Shown here: in pieces, positions 1 to 13,133 of the stretch
Numbering within the stretch: position 1 is the stretch's first letter
Layout of the letters: each line of letters starts with the position of its first letter
Assembly (NCBI GenBank): GCA_036785375.1
Contig: JAWMAR010000377.1
Location: 1,550,001-1,614,000, forward strand
Direction of reading: 5' to 3'
Length of the DNA: 64,000 nt
Origin: Leucoraja ocellata
Lineage: Eukaryota
Made by a program: the position numbers and the translations under genes
The notes under the pieces: model-generated
Told to the model about the DNA's origin: nothing
The model's database searches: none
Seen by the model: only the letters and a program-made list of their open reading frames with translations

Positions 1-643
1 GGGTAAGGTACCATGCCACCAGATGACAGTCATTTTCCCTGCATCCATTCTAATGAATTTTTATGTTGCAGAAATAATCAAAGGTCATTACATGACATAA
101 CATTCAGACATCACTAAAGAGTCTGCAACATTTGCAGTTATTTCGTTTTCTTTATGAGTTTTCTTCAGAAAAATAGAAATGCACCATTTGACAACTAAAA
201 AAAAAAATCAATCACTTCATTTTAACGTTATTTTCAAGTATCAGTAATTAGAAAATGGTCAGATTGGAAACTGGAAATTAATAAGCAGCAACTTTGTGGT
301 ATTTGTTTTTGATGGAATTTTTGCAACATGTTTTTGCATGTCTTTACCACTCCAAATGGACTGATGCATGGGAAGCTAGGAATGAGAGATTTAACATGTT
401 TTTAAATGAACTGCATAACTTTTCATTTATTGTCCCTTTTAGTGCAGGTTTATTATGGGTTCTGCAAATCTTTTATTGGTACATTTCAACTGTTTGCCAT
501 GCAGGGCTGTGAAATATGGAATTAGCATTGTCCATTTTGAAATAAAACCTATATTCTTTACTTTCAATGAACCCCAATGCTTGTGTAAAAACACTGCATG
601 CCAAGTAGCGTATTGCCTTAATCACAGGACTGAGCAAATGTAG

Positions 644-2130
644 TGCTAACACCTTGAAGATGGAGTTGTAGGTAGATAGGGTGGTCAAAAGGCATTTGGC
701 ACATTGGCCTTCATCAGTCTGAGTATAGAAGTAGGAAGGTCATGCTGCGTTATAAGATGTTGGTGGGGCCGCATTTAGAGTAATGTGTTCAGTTCTGGGC
801 ACCGTGTTATAGGAAAGATGTTGTCAAGTTGGAAAGGGTGCAGAGAAGATTTACGAGGATGTCGAGGATCTGAGCTCGAGGGAGGTTGAGTAGGCTGGGA
901 CTCTATTCCTTGGAGCACAGGAGGATGAGGGGTGATCTTATACAGGTGTATAAAATCATAAGGGGAATACATCGGGTAGATGCACAGAGTCTCTTGCCCA
1001 GAGTAGGGGAAATCGAGGACCAGAGAACAAAGGTGAAGGGGAAAATATTTAATAGGAATCTGAGGGGTAACCTTTTCACACAATGGGTGGTGGGTGTAAG
1101 GAAAACGCTGCCAGAGGAGGTAGCTGAGGGAGGAACTATCGCAACGAAAAAAAAAATCAGTGAGCGGCGCGACTTTCGTCAGCAGCGGCCTCTGCAGTCC
1201 GTCTGTATTTTTATTATTTTTGTCTCGTTTCTATGTAGTTTTTATTATTTTTTTTGTCGGGGTATGTGTGTGGGGGGGTGTGGGTGGGGGGGGGTAACTT
1301 TAAAATCTTTCCCCTGCACAGGAGACCCGGCCTTTTCTTGTCGTGTCTCCGTTGTCGTTGGGACTGCAACGTGGAGCGGCCTCCAACAGGAACGACCGGG
1401 GGCTCCAGTTGTGGAGCTGTGGTCCTACTCACCGTCGCGGAGCTGGCCGAGTCTGGAGCGGGTGAAGCTGTGGTGGAGCGCTGCTGCGACCCGACCCCCG
1501 GAGATTCGGAGGCTACAACCGTGGGTCTGGCAGACGGCAACACCGGAAGCCCGCGGGTCCCTGGTGGGAGACCGCTTTTCGGGGCTTCCGCAGTGGTGAC
1601 TTCTCCCGCCCGAGTTGCGGGGTTGAAGAGCACCTGGAGTGGGGCCTTACATCACCGCCCTGCGCGGCTTGGAATGGCCGCGGGACTTTGCGAGCGCCCG
1701 CCGGGGCTCTAATACCAAGACCCGGTGCGCGACGTTGCATCACCCGGCGTGGCTTTAAATGGCCGCGGGACAATCACCATTGCCCGCCGCGGGCTTTGAC
1801 TTTGACTCTGACATCGGGGGGGGGGGGGGGGGGGAGTGCCGTGGAGAGATAAGGTTTTTTTGCCTTCCATCACAGCGATGTGATGGATGTATGTGTAAAT
1901 TGTGTTGTGTCTAGGGTCTTTTTCGTTTTGTAATGTATGGCTGCAGAAACGACATTTCGTTTGGACCTCAACGGGGTCCAAATGACAAATAAATTGTATT
2001 GTATTGTAGACAGGTACATGGATAGGACAGGTTTGGATGGATATGGGCCATGCGCAGCAGATGGGACCAGTGTAGCTGGGACATGTTGGCCGGTGTGGGC
2101 CTGTTTCCACACTGTCTGGCTCTATGACTC
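644..2130 (+). mobile_element. CR1 LINE 3' fragment, interrupted by an insertion at ~1160-2008
   Basis: ORF 886 begins with the CR1 C-terminal motif 'RLGLYSLEHRRMRGDLIQVYKIIRG'; the CR1 3' tail resumes at 2009 (gacaggtacatggatagg...ctatgactct). Confidence 0.9.
1160..2008 (+). mobile_element. Non-autonomous GC-rich retroelement with Rex1-like 3' end and (TTGTA)n tail
   Basis: It splits a CR1 and consists of a T-rich leader, G-runs and a CpG-rich core, ending aatgacaaataaattgtattgtattgta. Its 3' end recurs reverse-complemented at 10657-10830. Confidence 0.7.
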
Positions 2131-2989
2131 TAATACAATGTTCAACATTTTCCCAAAACCCCACAATGCATTCACCTTCAGCAAAGGCATGGCAGAGCCA
2201 ACCGACCAGCTTGAGCAATTCCAACTTTTATAATTGATTTGTTTCATTATAGTTAAAACATTACCCATAAAATCAAAAGCAGCATTTGCTTTTATTTGAA
2301 GAGAGTAAGGTACACGTCTCACAAATACTTAATTGTTATCATGAATTATTTTAAAAGACAATTACCATGTGTGTTAAAAAGAGATTTATTTGGTATTTCA
2401 GTGACTCTAAGTTCATTGGCGCTGAGGTTTGTCTAGCAAGAAATCTTCATGTATCTTCAGGATCTGTGAAGAACATTTCTGGGTTATTCGTTTTTATGCT
2501 AGAAACCATTTAATTAAATAAAGCCTGAAAAAAAATAAGGGTTATTCCAGGGATTGGGGGGAAGAGGAGATTGTCAAACATCTTTCTCAAAGTGAATGCA
2601 ATATTTAGAACATAATTTATTTGACACCTTTTTTGTGATTATTAGCAACAAGATGTTGTTCAATTGTTTTAAACATATTTGTGCCTTTTATTTAATGGCC
2701 ACTTTTTAAAGCAATGTGTTGCATCTCAAGATGTCTGACAATGATTTGAAAAAAACTTTCCATATCTTTATAACAAATTGTCTGGTAATCTGGGGATGCA
2801 TTTCATTATAGTTTTATCAATAAACCCAACCTTCCTTCCAGTAAAACAACTTGTTCAAACTACTCTCTAAATGATCGATGATATTGATAACACAAAAAAG
2901 AAAAGTAGGCTGATTTTGGCCCCTGTTTATAAACATGGTCTGAGTAGAACAGCTTTGAGTATAAAATTATAAAGTCATCCACTGACAAG

Positions 2990-4010
2990 ATTTGAGTCAA
3001 GAGTCCAGAGTGTTTAATTGTTATGTGAACCTGAACAGAACAATGACATTCTTGCTTATGGCACATTAACACAATAACACAACAAATAAATATATGAGAA
3101 ACAATAAATTACCAGTTATAATAGGAAACTAGGGCACAATAGTGCAAGCCCAAGTAGGCAGTGCAACCAAAAAAAACTCCATAGTCCTTTGTTGCTGAAG
3201 TAAGGTTATGCAGTGTGATTCAAGGGGCTGATGGTTGAAGGGAAGAAGCTATTGGTGAACCTGGAGGTCACCAGACTCCTGTACCTTCTTTTCAAAGGTA
3301 ACAATGATATGAGATTGTGGCCAGGGTGATGTGGGTCTTTGCTGTTGTTTGCTGCCTTCCTGAGGCATTATTTTCTGTAGATCCCTTCGATGATGGGTAG
3401 GTCAATATGCCTGAGGAACTGGACAATGTCCACCATTTTCTGCATCTGCTTTGCTCTTGGACATTCGATTTACTGAAATAGGTTGTGACAAAACTAGTCA
3501 GTATGCTCTATGTAGAAGTTTGATAGAGTATTCAGCAACATTCTGAATCTCCTCATATTTCCAAGGAAGTTGAGACATTGAGCTTTCTTTGTGATTACAT
3601 CAATGTGCTGTGCCTAGGACAGATCTTTAGAGATGTACATGCTCAAGAACCTTAAGCTGCGGACTCTCTCCACCGCCATCCCACCGTGAAGACAGGTTCA
3701 TAGCCCCTCAGCTTTTCTTTCCTGAAGTTAACAATCCTTGGTCTTGCTAAAGTTTGCAAGCTGGTTGTTCTAGCGTCATTCAATCAGATTATCGATCTCG
3801 CTCCTGTACCCTGCCTCGACATTACCCATTGTTTGTACAACAATGGGTGGGGTATCATTGCCGAATGTAAAGGTAGCGTTGGAGCTGTGTCTGGCTATAC
3901 GGTCATAGGTGATGAGAGAGGAAAGATGGGGATGGAGCACACAGCCTTGAGGTGCCCCTCCACTGATGGTCAGTGAGGAGGAAGTGTTACCAATTTGTAC
4001 TATCTGCTTG
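2990..4010 (-). mobile_element. Degenerate Rex1/Babar LINE fragment
   Basis: Reverse-strand similarity to the Rex1 copies at 35949-36770 and 53430-54405, with a tail at ~2995-3020. Confidence 0.7.
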
Positions 4011-4780
4011 AGGTATGCCTGCTGTAATTTTGAAACAGACCACGAGTGAGGTGTCGGTTCCAGCTGAAATCAGACAGATGCCTCATTGAGATCTGCAAAT
4101 CAGGGCCCTACATCTCATTTGGAAAGCAAATATTATTTTGGTCGTTCCTGACATGCCGCCTGGAGGTAATATCACACATTTGCACAAGATGCAAGAATCC
4201 ACTTCAATATCAATCCTTGAAAGCTGGCATGACCAGAACAAAAACAACTTAGAACTTCTATAGCTTCACTATAGCTTCACAACATCCTTCATTGTATTTC
4301 CTGCTTCACTCTAACAATTCACAACCCAAGCAAAGACAGTTGTGGCATGGCCAATGACTACAATCATGCCAAATCTCTGAAATGATCCAAAAACCAAAAT
4401 CAGGCATGGATTAAATTAAGCAACGTTTGCAAATTTATTTTGAATGTAGCTATGTTACCTAGAAATTTATCCCTAGTAAGGAGTGGTAAAAATTTGACAC
4501 TTCCAAAATTCAGTTCCGTTGAAATCAATGGGACCAATTTTTTTAAGCTGAATAACCGGAGGGTCTGTTTCCACACGGCATCTCTAAGACTAAGACCAAG
4601 CACATGCAAAATTTCTGACTGGGATTTAATTTCTAGACACATTTTTTACATGAAAGAAAATACAAATTACCATTCACTTGAATTACTCAGATTCTCCAAA
4701 ATCACAGTTTTGCTTGCTCATTGGTAATTTTCATGTAATTATTTACTAAATAATCCCAATGGTAACATAACAAACCCATG

Positions 4781-4848
4781 CTTGAAGAAGGGTCACGACC
4801 AGAAACATTGCCTATCTATCTTCTCCAGAGATGCTGCCTGACCCATTG
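4781..4848 (+). mobile_element. Penelope terminal-repeat fragment with degenerate hammerhead core
   Basis: ttgaagaagggtcacgaccagaaacattgcctatc...agagatgctgcctgaccc. Confidence 0.7.
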
Positions 4849-4852
4849 CATT

Positions 4853-5508
4853 GCCTGGTCCTCTGAAAGTAAGCATGCAGGTACAGCAGGCAGTGAAGAA
4901 AGCTAATGGCATGTTGGCCTTCATTGCGAGAGGATTTGAGTTTAGAAGTAAGAAGGTCCTACTGCAGTTGTACTGGGCACTTGGAGTATTATGTGCAGTT
5001 TTGGTCTCCTAATTTGAGGAAATTATTGCTATTGAGGGAGCGCAGCGTAGGTTCACCAGGTTAATTCCCAGGATGGGAGGACTGACATATGATGAAAGAA
5101 TGGGTCGACTGGCCTTGTATTCACTGGAATTTAGAAGGATGAGAGGGTATCTTATAGAAACATATAAAATTCTTAAAGGATTGGCAAAATGTTCCCGAAG
5201 TCGGGGGAGTCGAGAACCAGGGGCCACAGTTTAAGAAAAGGTAGGCCATTTAGGACTGAGATGACGAAAAACTTTTTCACTCAGAGAGTTGTGAATCTGT
5301 GGAATTCTCTGCCACAGAAGGCAGTGGAGGCCAATTCACTGGATGTTTTCACGAGAGAGTTAGATTTAACTCTTAGGGCTAAAGGAATCAAGGAATATGG
5401 GGAAAAAGCAGGAACGGGGTACTGATTTTAGATGATCAGCCATGATCATATTGAATGGCGGAGCTGGTTTGAAGGGTCATTTTCTATTTTCTATGTTTCC
5501 ATGTTTCT
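4853..5508 (+). mobile_element. CR1 LINE 3' end
   Basis: ORF 5189 'ESRTRGHSLR...FFTQRVVNLWNSLP'; (ttctatgt)n tail. Confidence 0.92.
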
Positions 5509-5695
5509 ATTACTCCAGCATTTTGTGTCTATTATGGTAAACCTATGTAGATGATTGACTTAATATGGCACAGAAAGCTACATGGATCACCATAGTGAGG
5601 ACTTTTCATTTTGAAATACATACATACAGCATATTTAGTAATTTAATTTCATCAGTGACAGACATCCAAAATCAATCATATATTATTACAGTTGG

Positions 5696-5822
5696 ACACA
5701 AGGAACTGCAGATGCTGGTTTACAAAAAAAAAGACAAAGTGCTGGTGTGACTCAGCAGTCAGGCAGCGTCACTGAGGAGCATAGATAGATGGTGTTTTGT
5801 GTCAGATCCCTTCTTAAGACTC
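5696..5822 (-). mobile_element. Penelope terminal-repeat copy
   Basis: aggaactgcagatgctgg...cccttcttaagac, flanked by acagttg direct repeats. Confidence 0.7.
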
Positions 5823-6010
5823 CATATATAACAGTTGTCCTTGATAAAAATGTCAACCTATAATCATAATTTATTGTATACGTGGATCATTGTTTTCTGA
5901 AACAAAGATCTGTTGTAATGTTAGAGACTTATTTGCAATATTTGCTTGCCTTCAGTAAAATAGAATGTTTCCTTCTCATTAACTTGATTTATATTAGTTG
6001 GAGATTAGTT

Positions 6011-6098
6011 GGACACAAAATGCTAGAGTAACTCAGCAGGACAGGCAGCGTCTCTGGAGAGGAAGAATCGGTGACGTTTTAGTTCGAGACCCTTCTTT
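6011..6098 (-). mobile_element. Penelope terminal-repeat copy
   Basis: gacacaaaatgctagagtaactcagc...gtgacgttttagttcgagacccttct. Confidence 0.75.
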
Positions 6099-6364
6099 TA
6101 TGAGTTAGGTTGTATTATACATCAGCGAAGTTGTTGTTTATTCCAAAAGACTACGGCCATGAAGTCTATGAGTTGTACAGCACAGATTAGTCCATGTCGA
6201 CCTTTACACCCATTCACACTGATCCCATTCTCATCTAATATGATGTGCACATTATCATGTGATACGCAGCAAGATCACACCTTGTATTAAATTCTTACAT
6301 TTTATTTGTTTATTATTGGTTTTCTTTATTGCATGCACTAATACCTGTGAATTGCTACTCTAAA

Positions 6365-6822
6365 TCAAGAGGAGGAATCATGAGGAACAATTCCTTTCGC
6401 CAGAAGGTGATGAATCTGTAGAATTAATTGCCACGGACGGCGGTGGAGGCCAAGTCATTGGATATTTCTAAAGCGGAAATTGATAGATTATTGATTTGTA
6501 AGGGTGTCAAAAGTTCCGGGGAGAAGGCAGGAGAATGCTAAAGAGAGCTATATTTAAGAGGGAGTTAGATGTGGCCCTTGTGGCTAAGGGGATCAGGGGG
6601 TATGGAGAGAAGGCAGGTACGGGATACTGAGTTGGATGATCAGCCATGATCATATTGAATGGCGGTGCAGGCTCGAAGGGCCGAATGGCCTACTCCTGCA
6701 CCTAATTTCTATGTTTCTATGTTTCTAATGGTGTTGAGAGGGGAAAATTAGATCAGCCATAATCAAATGGCAGAACAGACTTGATGGGCTGAATGGTCTA
6801 ATTCTGCTCCTATATCTTATAG
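6365..6822 (+). mobile_element. CR1 3' end with a younger CR1 3' tail nested at ~6540-6726
   Basis: Two CR1 3' UTR variants; the inner one ends (ttctatgt)n. Confidence 0.8.
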
Positions 6823-7424
6823 TCCAAGTAACAAGGATGTGTGGGTGAGAGTACCCTACTCTGAAATGTTTTGATTGCAGGCTTCAATAATTATAATCAT
6901 TTCCCATGGAAATCCACAAGAATTTATGCTTTTGTTAAATGGGTGAACACAAAATCAATGCTACAATCATTCCTCTATTTAATTCATTATAAAACACTTT
7001 GTATAAACTATTCTTCAAGGCTGCATTAGGTACTTATCTCTTGATGCTCCAGATAAAATTCAAGTGAATCGAATAATGTTTGGTCACAATTTTTTACTTC
7101 TCTCCGCACACTCCCCCCCCAACCCCCCCTCCCCACCCTCTTTCCTGACCCCTCCCTCCCACCCCCTCCCGCACTTACATAAATGTTTAATTTTGCAGCA
7201 AAATTACTCAAATTGTCTCAAATGGTTTTGTTCTAATAAGACAATTTTATCTTAAGTGGATTAATCATTACTAATACCTTATTGCTAAACTTTAACTAGT
7301 ATAAGACACTGCAAATACATTTCAGAAAATTTCCATTCATTTCTCATGCTATTAAGAGTACCACCAGTGAAGTGGGAATTAACCAACTATCATCCTTTGA
7401 CACGTCGCGATTTATAATGCTTTT

Positions 7425-8790
7425 CTACAAGTGGCAGATGAGTTGAACAGGTACTTTGGATCTGTCTTCACTAAGGAGGACACAAACAATCTTCCTGATA
7501 TAGTAGTGGCCAGAGGATCTGGGGGGACGGAGGAACTGAAGGAAATCCACATTAGGCAGGAAACGGTGTTGGATAGACTGATGGGACTGAAGGCTGATAA
7601 ATCCCCAGGGCCTAATGGTCTGCATCACAGGGTACTTAATGAAGTGGCTCTAAAAATCGTGGATGCATTGGTGATAATTTTCCAATGTTCTATAGACTCA
7701 GGATCAGTTCCTGTGGAGTGGAGGGTAGCTAATGTTATCCCACTTTTTAAGAAAGGCAGGAGAGAAAACAAGGAATTATAGACCAGTTAGCCTGACATCG
7801 GTGGTGGGGAAGATGCTGGAGTCGATTATAAAATATGAGATAGCAGAACATTTGGATAGCAATAACAGGTTCGGTCCGAGTCAGCATGGATTTACAAAGG
7901 GGAAATCATGCTTGACTAATCTTCTGGAATTTTTTGAAGATGTAACTTGAAAAATGGGCAAGGGAGAGCCAGTGGATGTAGTGTACCTGGACTTTCAGAA
8001 AGCATTTGATAAGGTCCCACATAGGAGATTAGTGGGCAAAATTAGGGCACATGGTATTGGGGGTAACATGCTGACATGGATAGAGAAGTGGTTGGCAGAC
8101 AGGAAACAAAGAGTAGGGATTAACAGGTCCCTTTCAGAATGGCAGGCAGTGCCTACTGGGGTACCGCAAGGCTCGGTGCTGGGACCGCAGCTATTTACAA
8201 TATACATCAATGATTTGGATGAAGGGATTCAAAGCAATATTAGCAAATTTGCAGATGACACAAAGCTGGGTGGCAGTGTGAACTGTGAGGAGGATGCTAT
8301 GAGAATGCAGGGTGACCTGGACAGGTTGGGGGAGTGGGCAGATGCATGGCAGATGAAGTTTATTGCGGATAAATGTGAGGTTATCTACTTTGGTAGCAAA
8401 AACAGGAAGGCAGATTACAGTCTAAATGGCGTCAAGTTGGGAAAAGGGGAAGTACAACAGGATCTGGGGGTCCTTGTACATCAGTCTATGAAAGTAAGCA
8501 TGCAGGTACAGCAGGCAGTGAAGAAAGCAAATGGCATGTTGGCATTTATAACAAAATTAATCAAATATAGGAGCAACGAGGTCCTTCTGCAGTTGTACAG
8601 AGCCCTAGTGAGACCACACCTGGAGTATTGAGTGCAGTTTTGGTCCCCTAATTTGAGGAAGGACATTCTTGCTATTGAGGAAGTGCAGCGTACGTTTACA
8701 AGGTTAATTCCCGGGATGGCGGGACTGTCATATGCTGAGAGAATGGAGCAGCTAGGCTTGTACACTCTGGAGTTTATAAGGATGAGATGG
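7425..8790 (+). mobile_element. CR1 LINE ORF2 reverse-transcriptase region (frameshifted, with stops)
   Basis: ORFs 7431, 7732 and 7954 contain KSPGPxG, NYRPVSLTS, QHGF, LDFQKAFDKV, GVPQGSVLGP and FADD. Confidence 0.97.
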
Positions 8791-8958
8791 AACAGGTGAC
8801 ATTTTGGATCGAGACCCTTCTTCAGACTTAAGAAGGCTCGCTAGCCGAAACGTTACCCATTCCTTCTCTCTAGAGATGCTGCCTGTCCCGCTGAATTATT
8901 CCAGCATTTTGTGTCTGTCTTTGGTTTAAACCAGCATCTGCAATTCCTTCCCACACAT
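8790..8958. mobile_element. Inverted (head-to-head) Penelope terminal repeats with two degenerate hammerhead cores
   Basis: Minus-strand core at 8796-8827 abuts a plus-strand core at 8827-8855 (cttaaga-a-ggct-cgct-agcc-gaaacgtta). Confidence 0.8.
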
Positions 8959-9414
8959 CTATTAGGTCTATTTTTTGGACAAGTTTCTGTACAGTGCAAC
9001 TACAGTAAATGGTTTGATAATGCTGCTGCAACAATCAATACTGGTGGCCAGCTCCAATCAGGCGGCTGCTGGAATGTGTCCACAAAGATCATTTTGTTCA
9101 ACTACTTACAATTTTCCACTGTATCTCAGTACACATGACACTAAACCAATACCAATGTTTTATAAACTAACATGGCGATATTAACCTTACTGCAGCATGT
9201 GAAATCAATTATTCATGACTGGAAAATTGTTACTTCAGAGTAGTTTCAAAATTTTAAAGACATTCCTATCAGCAGGTATTCCAGCCTTCCATGAGAGATT
9301 CTCTCACAAATGCATTTGGCCCGGATTCTCATGTTAGGTTACTTTGAAAATAATACATGGTGACCGTTATTTTTAACATCAAAATAGAAAAGGGTAGATT
9401 TGCTGCACAATTAT

Positions 9415-9640
9415 CATGTTCACAACTTCTAGGAACAGAATGAGGCCATCAAATCTATGCCGCCATTCAATCATGGCTGATCTATCTTTCCCCCTCAATC
9501 CCATTCTCCTACTTGCTCTCCATAACTCCTGACACCCGTACTAATCAAGAATCTGTCAATCTCCGCCTTAAAAATATCCATTGACTTGGCCTCCACAGCT
9601 ATCTGTGGCAATGAATTCCAGAGATTCACCACCCTATGAC
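9415..9640 (-). mobile_element. CR1 3' end
   Basis: ORF 9495 'HRVVNLWNSLPQIAVEAKSMDIFKAEIDRFL'. Confidence 0.85.
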
Positions 9641-9728
9641 TAACAATTTTAGATTTGTCTATGAAGATGGGGCAATAACCTATTGCCATTCAACAGATTT
9701 CCATTGCAGCCAAACTCCATTTTATTCA

Positions 9729-9865
9729 ATAGACAATAGGTGCAGGAGTAGGCCATCCGGCCCTTCAAGCCAGCACCGCCAATCACTGTGATCATGGTTG
9801 ATCATCCACAATCAGTACCCAATTCCTACCTTCTCCCCATATCCCCTGACTCCACTTTAAGAGCT
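9729..9865 (-). mobile_element. Short CR1 3' tail
   Basis: caatagacaataggtgcaggagtaggcc...; same family as 43438-43600. Confidence 0.8.
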
Positions 9866-10384
9866 CCAAAGGGTGATCTGATAACCACATTTAGCTTGGC
9901 CTCCTGCAGAGCCCTCACGATCAAGTATTTGTATGTTAAATGTGTTAGAATATTCCTTCCACTTGGTGGCAAATGCAGAGAACATTTTAGATAATAGTTT
10001 GTTGAGCTTGGAGTGAGAATTGCAAAAAGGGGATTTAAATGAAGTAATGAAACCCTGGGTGGGGATTCATTGCAGATGGGGGGTCAAGATTTGGAGCTTC
10101 GGGGATAAAATGGAGTGGATCGGGAAGGGACCACATGAAGATAAAATAATCCCATCAGGCAGACATTTTAATGGGAAGGCGGGGAGCCTAAGGACAGTGG
10201 AGAGAGGATATGATGTCCAAAAGAAAAAAGTTCCAGGAACCCCATTTTCAGGATGAAGATCTAGTCTCCAGAAAGCCTCAGCATTTTAACTAATGCCGAG
10301 CAGATCTCATTTACATATTAGAATTTTGTGGAAGTAATATCAAAATTATATGACAATCGATACAGCTATCTATAGTTTAATCTC

Positions 10385-10635
10385 TGGCCTTTGTGTTCCA
10401 ACCATCTGCCTATCATAAACCTCCCTCCTGTGTCCACCTATTACTGCTATGCTTTGTCCCATGTCTCGTTTCTGTCGGCTTTCTCCTACCTCCCCCTGCA
10501 ATCAGTCTGAAGAAGGGTCCCGACCCAAACTATCACCTCTCCACGTTCTCCAGAGATGCTGCCTGACCCATTGAGTTACTCTACCACTTGGTGTCCTTTT
10601 GCACATACCAGCATCTGCAGTTCCTTGTTTCTACT
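10385..10635 (+). mobile_element. Penelope 3' UTR plus terminal repeat
   Basis: Pyrimidine-rich UTR then atcagtctgaagaagggtcccgacccaaac...ccagcatctgcagttcc. Confidence 0.8.
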
Positions 10636-10656
10636 TCTCTCCAGCAACCTCTATTC

Positions 10657-10830
10657 AAGAGTCAAGAGTCAATTTAATTGTCATTTGGACCCCTTGAGGT
10701 CCAAACGAAATGCCGTTTCTGCAGCCATACATTACAAACAAATAGACCCCAGACACAACATAATTTACATTTTACATAAACATCCATCACATTGCTGTGA
10801 TGTAAGGCCAAAAAAAACTTATCTCTCCAC
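10657..10830 (-). mobile_element. 5'-truncated copy of the 1160-2008 element family
   Basis: Reverse complement matches ~1845-1995; (cttgact)n tail. Confidence 0.8.
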
Positions 10831-10964
10831 CTTATCTCACCAGCAGATCATGTGTAGAGAAGTGCTGTCTATAGTTTCGGCTCGTAATCTGCTTGAACTT
10901 GAAAGCCAAGCACAAAAGTCAACATTGCATATTGATAAATGATCAATGTAAAACTAGATCACAA

Positions 10965-11095
10965 GGTCATAAGTGATAGGAGCAGAATATAGCCATTCGG
11001 CCCATCAAGTCTATTCCGCCATTCAATCATGGCTGATCTATCTCTCCCTCCTAACACCATTCTCATGTCTTCTCCCCATAACCCTTGACACCTGA
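10965..11095 (-). mobile_element. CR1 3' tail
   Basis: ggagcagaatatagccattcggcccatcaagtc... Confidence 0.8.
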
Positions 11096-11978
11096 TCCAC
11101 AGATAAAATAGTGCATTAACAAATCGTTAAAGCAGAAAGATTGGAAAAGTGCTTTAATTTCATTCTCCTTTAGTGCCATGGTACACATTGGAAAGTAACA
11201 AGAGAGGAAGATATTGCAATATCATTTAGCAGTCATACGTGGAACTTTCATAATTTACAAGCGTTTATGGAGACTGCAGTCTGATAAATATGATGCAGCC
11301 AAAACCCTATGAGCCTTGGCAAGCCAGTGTAAGTGCTGAGAGTTATACACTTAGAATTCATTACTGATCTTATAAACATTTCCATGCAATTAACAAGAAC
11401 TCGTGCTTCTGTGTTAATGAGTCTAAAACTGAGCACCTGCTTTCCATCAGTGCTCTGCTTACAGGATTACTCCATAGTTCCAAGAGGAACGTTGTGATTC
11501 CCAGAAAGATTTTGGTAAACAATTGCATTATGTATAAATTACATTTATGTATAATTGAGTAATCTATACAGAGCATGTCTAAAGTTCTTGGACATTCTAA
11601 TGAAACTAAAAGTGGGAGGTTTTTGCAGCAAAAACAAAGTTGTGGACAGAACTCTGTGGGTCAGGCTGTGTCCGTGGAGGAAGATTGGCAGTCGACGTTT
11701 TGGGTCGAGACCCTTCATTTTGCCTTGGTACAAGGTATGCTTTATTCATGTATATTTTAAAAAATGATTGATTAGTGCTATTTTTGACTGAAAAAGGATG
11801 TCGGGCAATGTGCCAACAGTCTCCCAAGACATGAAACATAAAGCCACACTTGCTAGAAACCTGAAATGTGCCACAACATTGACCACGTTCGGCAGCCCAT
11901 GGGGAGAGAGAAATAAAGTGAACATTTCAAATACATAACCATCAGCAGAACTGGAGAAGTGAGTCGCTTCTGATGAAA

Positions 11979-12228
11979 GATAGACACAAAATGCTGGAGT
12001 AACTCAGCGGGTCAGGCAGCATCTCTGGAGAATATGGATAGGTGACATTGGAACAGGAAAAGACCAGGAGAAATCAGAGCCTGCAACAGATGGTGGTTCA
12101 GGCAGGGTGGTTCCCTGATAGGCCATTTTTAGTGGAGGAAGGGAGGCAATGGGGTAAAAGCGAGGGGAGGGGAGGGGAGGGGGAGAGGATTGTAGTTGAA
12201 GTTACCTAAAATTGGAGGATTCAACGTT
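11979..12228 (-). mobile_element. Penelope terminal repeat plus 3' UTR fragment
   Basis: gatagacacaaaatgctggagtaactcagcggg..., then purine-rich UTR and ttacctaaaattggaggattcaacgttca. Confidence 0.7.
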
Positions 12229-12315
12229 CATTGCGAGAGGATTTGAGTATAGGAGCAAGGAGGTCCTACTGCAGTTGCACAGGGCCCTGGTGTGACCGCA
12301 CCTGGAGTATTGTGT

Positions 12316-12502
12316 AAAAAGAACCGCAGATGCTGGTTTAAATTGAAGGTAGTCACAAAATGCTGGAGTAACTCAACGGGACAAGCAGCATCTCTGGAGA
12401 GAAGGAATGGGTGACATTTCAGATCCGAAAGGTCATCCATTCCTTCTCTCCAGAGATGTTGCCTGTCCCGCTATGTTACTCCAGCATTTTGCGTCTACCC
12501 AA
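12316..12502. mobile_element. Fold-back Penelope terminal-repeat insertion, 10-bp TSD
   Basis: Inverted arms meet at ~12420; TSD agtattgtgt at 12306-12315 and 12503-12512. Confidence 0.85.
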
Positions 12503-12826
12503 AGTATTGTGTGCAGTTTTGGTCTCCTAATTTGAGGAAGGACATTCTTGCTATTGAGGGAGTGCAGCGTAGGTTCACCAGGTTAATTCCCAGGATGGTG
12601 GGACTGTCATATGCTGAGAGAATGGAGCGACTGGGCCTTAAGGGATTTGACAGGGTAGATGCTGGAAAAATGTTCCCAATGTTGGGGGAGTTCAGAACCA
12701 GGGGTCACAGTTTAAGAATAAGAGGTAGGCCTTTTAGGACTGAGATGAGGAAAACCCTTTTTCACCCAGAGTTGCGATTCTATAGAATTCTCGGCCAATT
12801 CACTGGGTGTTTTCAAGGGATAGTTA

Positions 12827-13133
12827 AGGGCCTGTCCCACTGTATGAGGGAATTCAAGAGCTCTCCCAAGTTTAAAAAAAAAATCAAACTCGTGGTAAGC
12901 ACGTAGAATGAACGTAGTGGGTACATCGGAGCTCGGGACGTCTCTTAGCGGCTAGTAACGCTAACGGCAGGCACTTGGGAAACGCGGTAAGCTCGTGAAG
13001 ACTCGTGAAGATTTTTCAACATGTTGAAAAAATGTCCACGAAACCCCGAGTACCTGCGAGCGGCCATTACCGTAATTCTCCGAGTTCGAATCAGGGAAAC
13101 TCTTGAATTAGCTCGTACAGTGGGACAGACCTT
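12827..13133. mobile_element. PIF/Harbinger-type MITE
   Basis: Terminal inverted repeats (TIRs) AGGGCCTGTCCCACTGTA / tacagtgggacagacctt, with TTA TSD on both sides. Confidence 0.88.

Noticed and set aside
886-1773. Overlapping 86-237 aa ORFs
   Set aside because: They are read-through of a CR1 fragment into a GC-rich insertion, and I see no protein motif beyond the CR1 part.
11465-11514. Possible 50-nt exon (acag|...|gtaaac)
   Set aside because: Only one open frame, unrecognised peptide, and no partner exons found.
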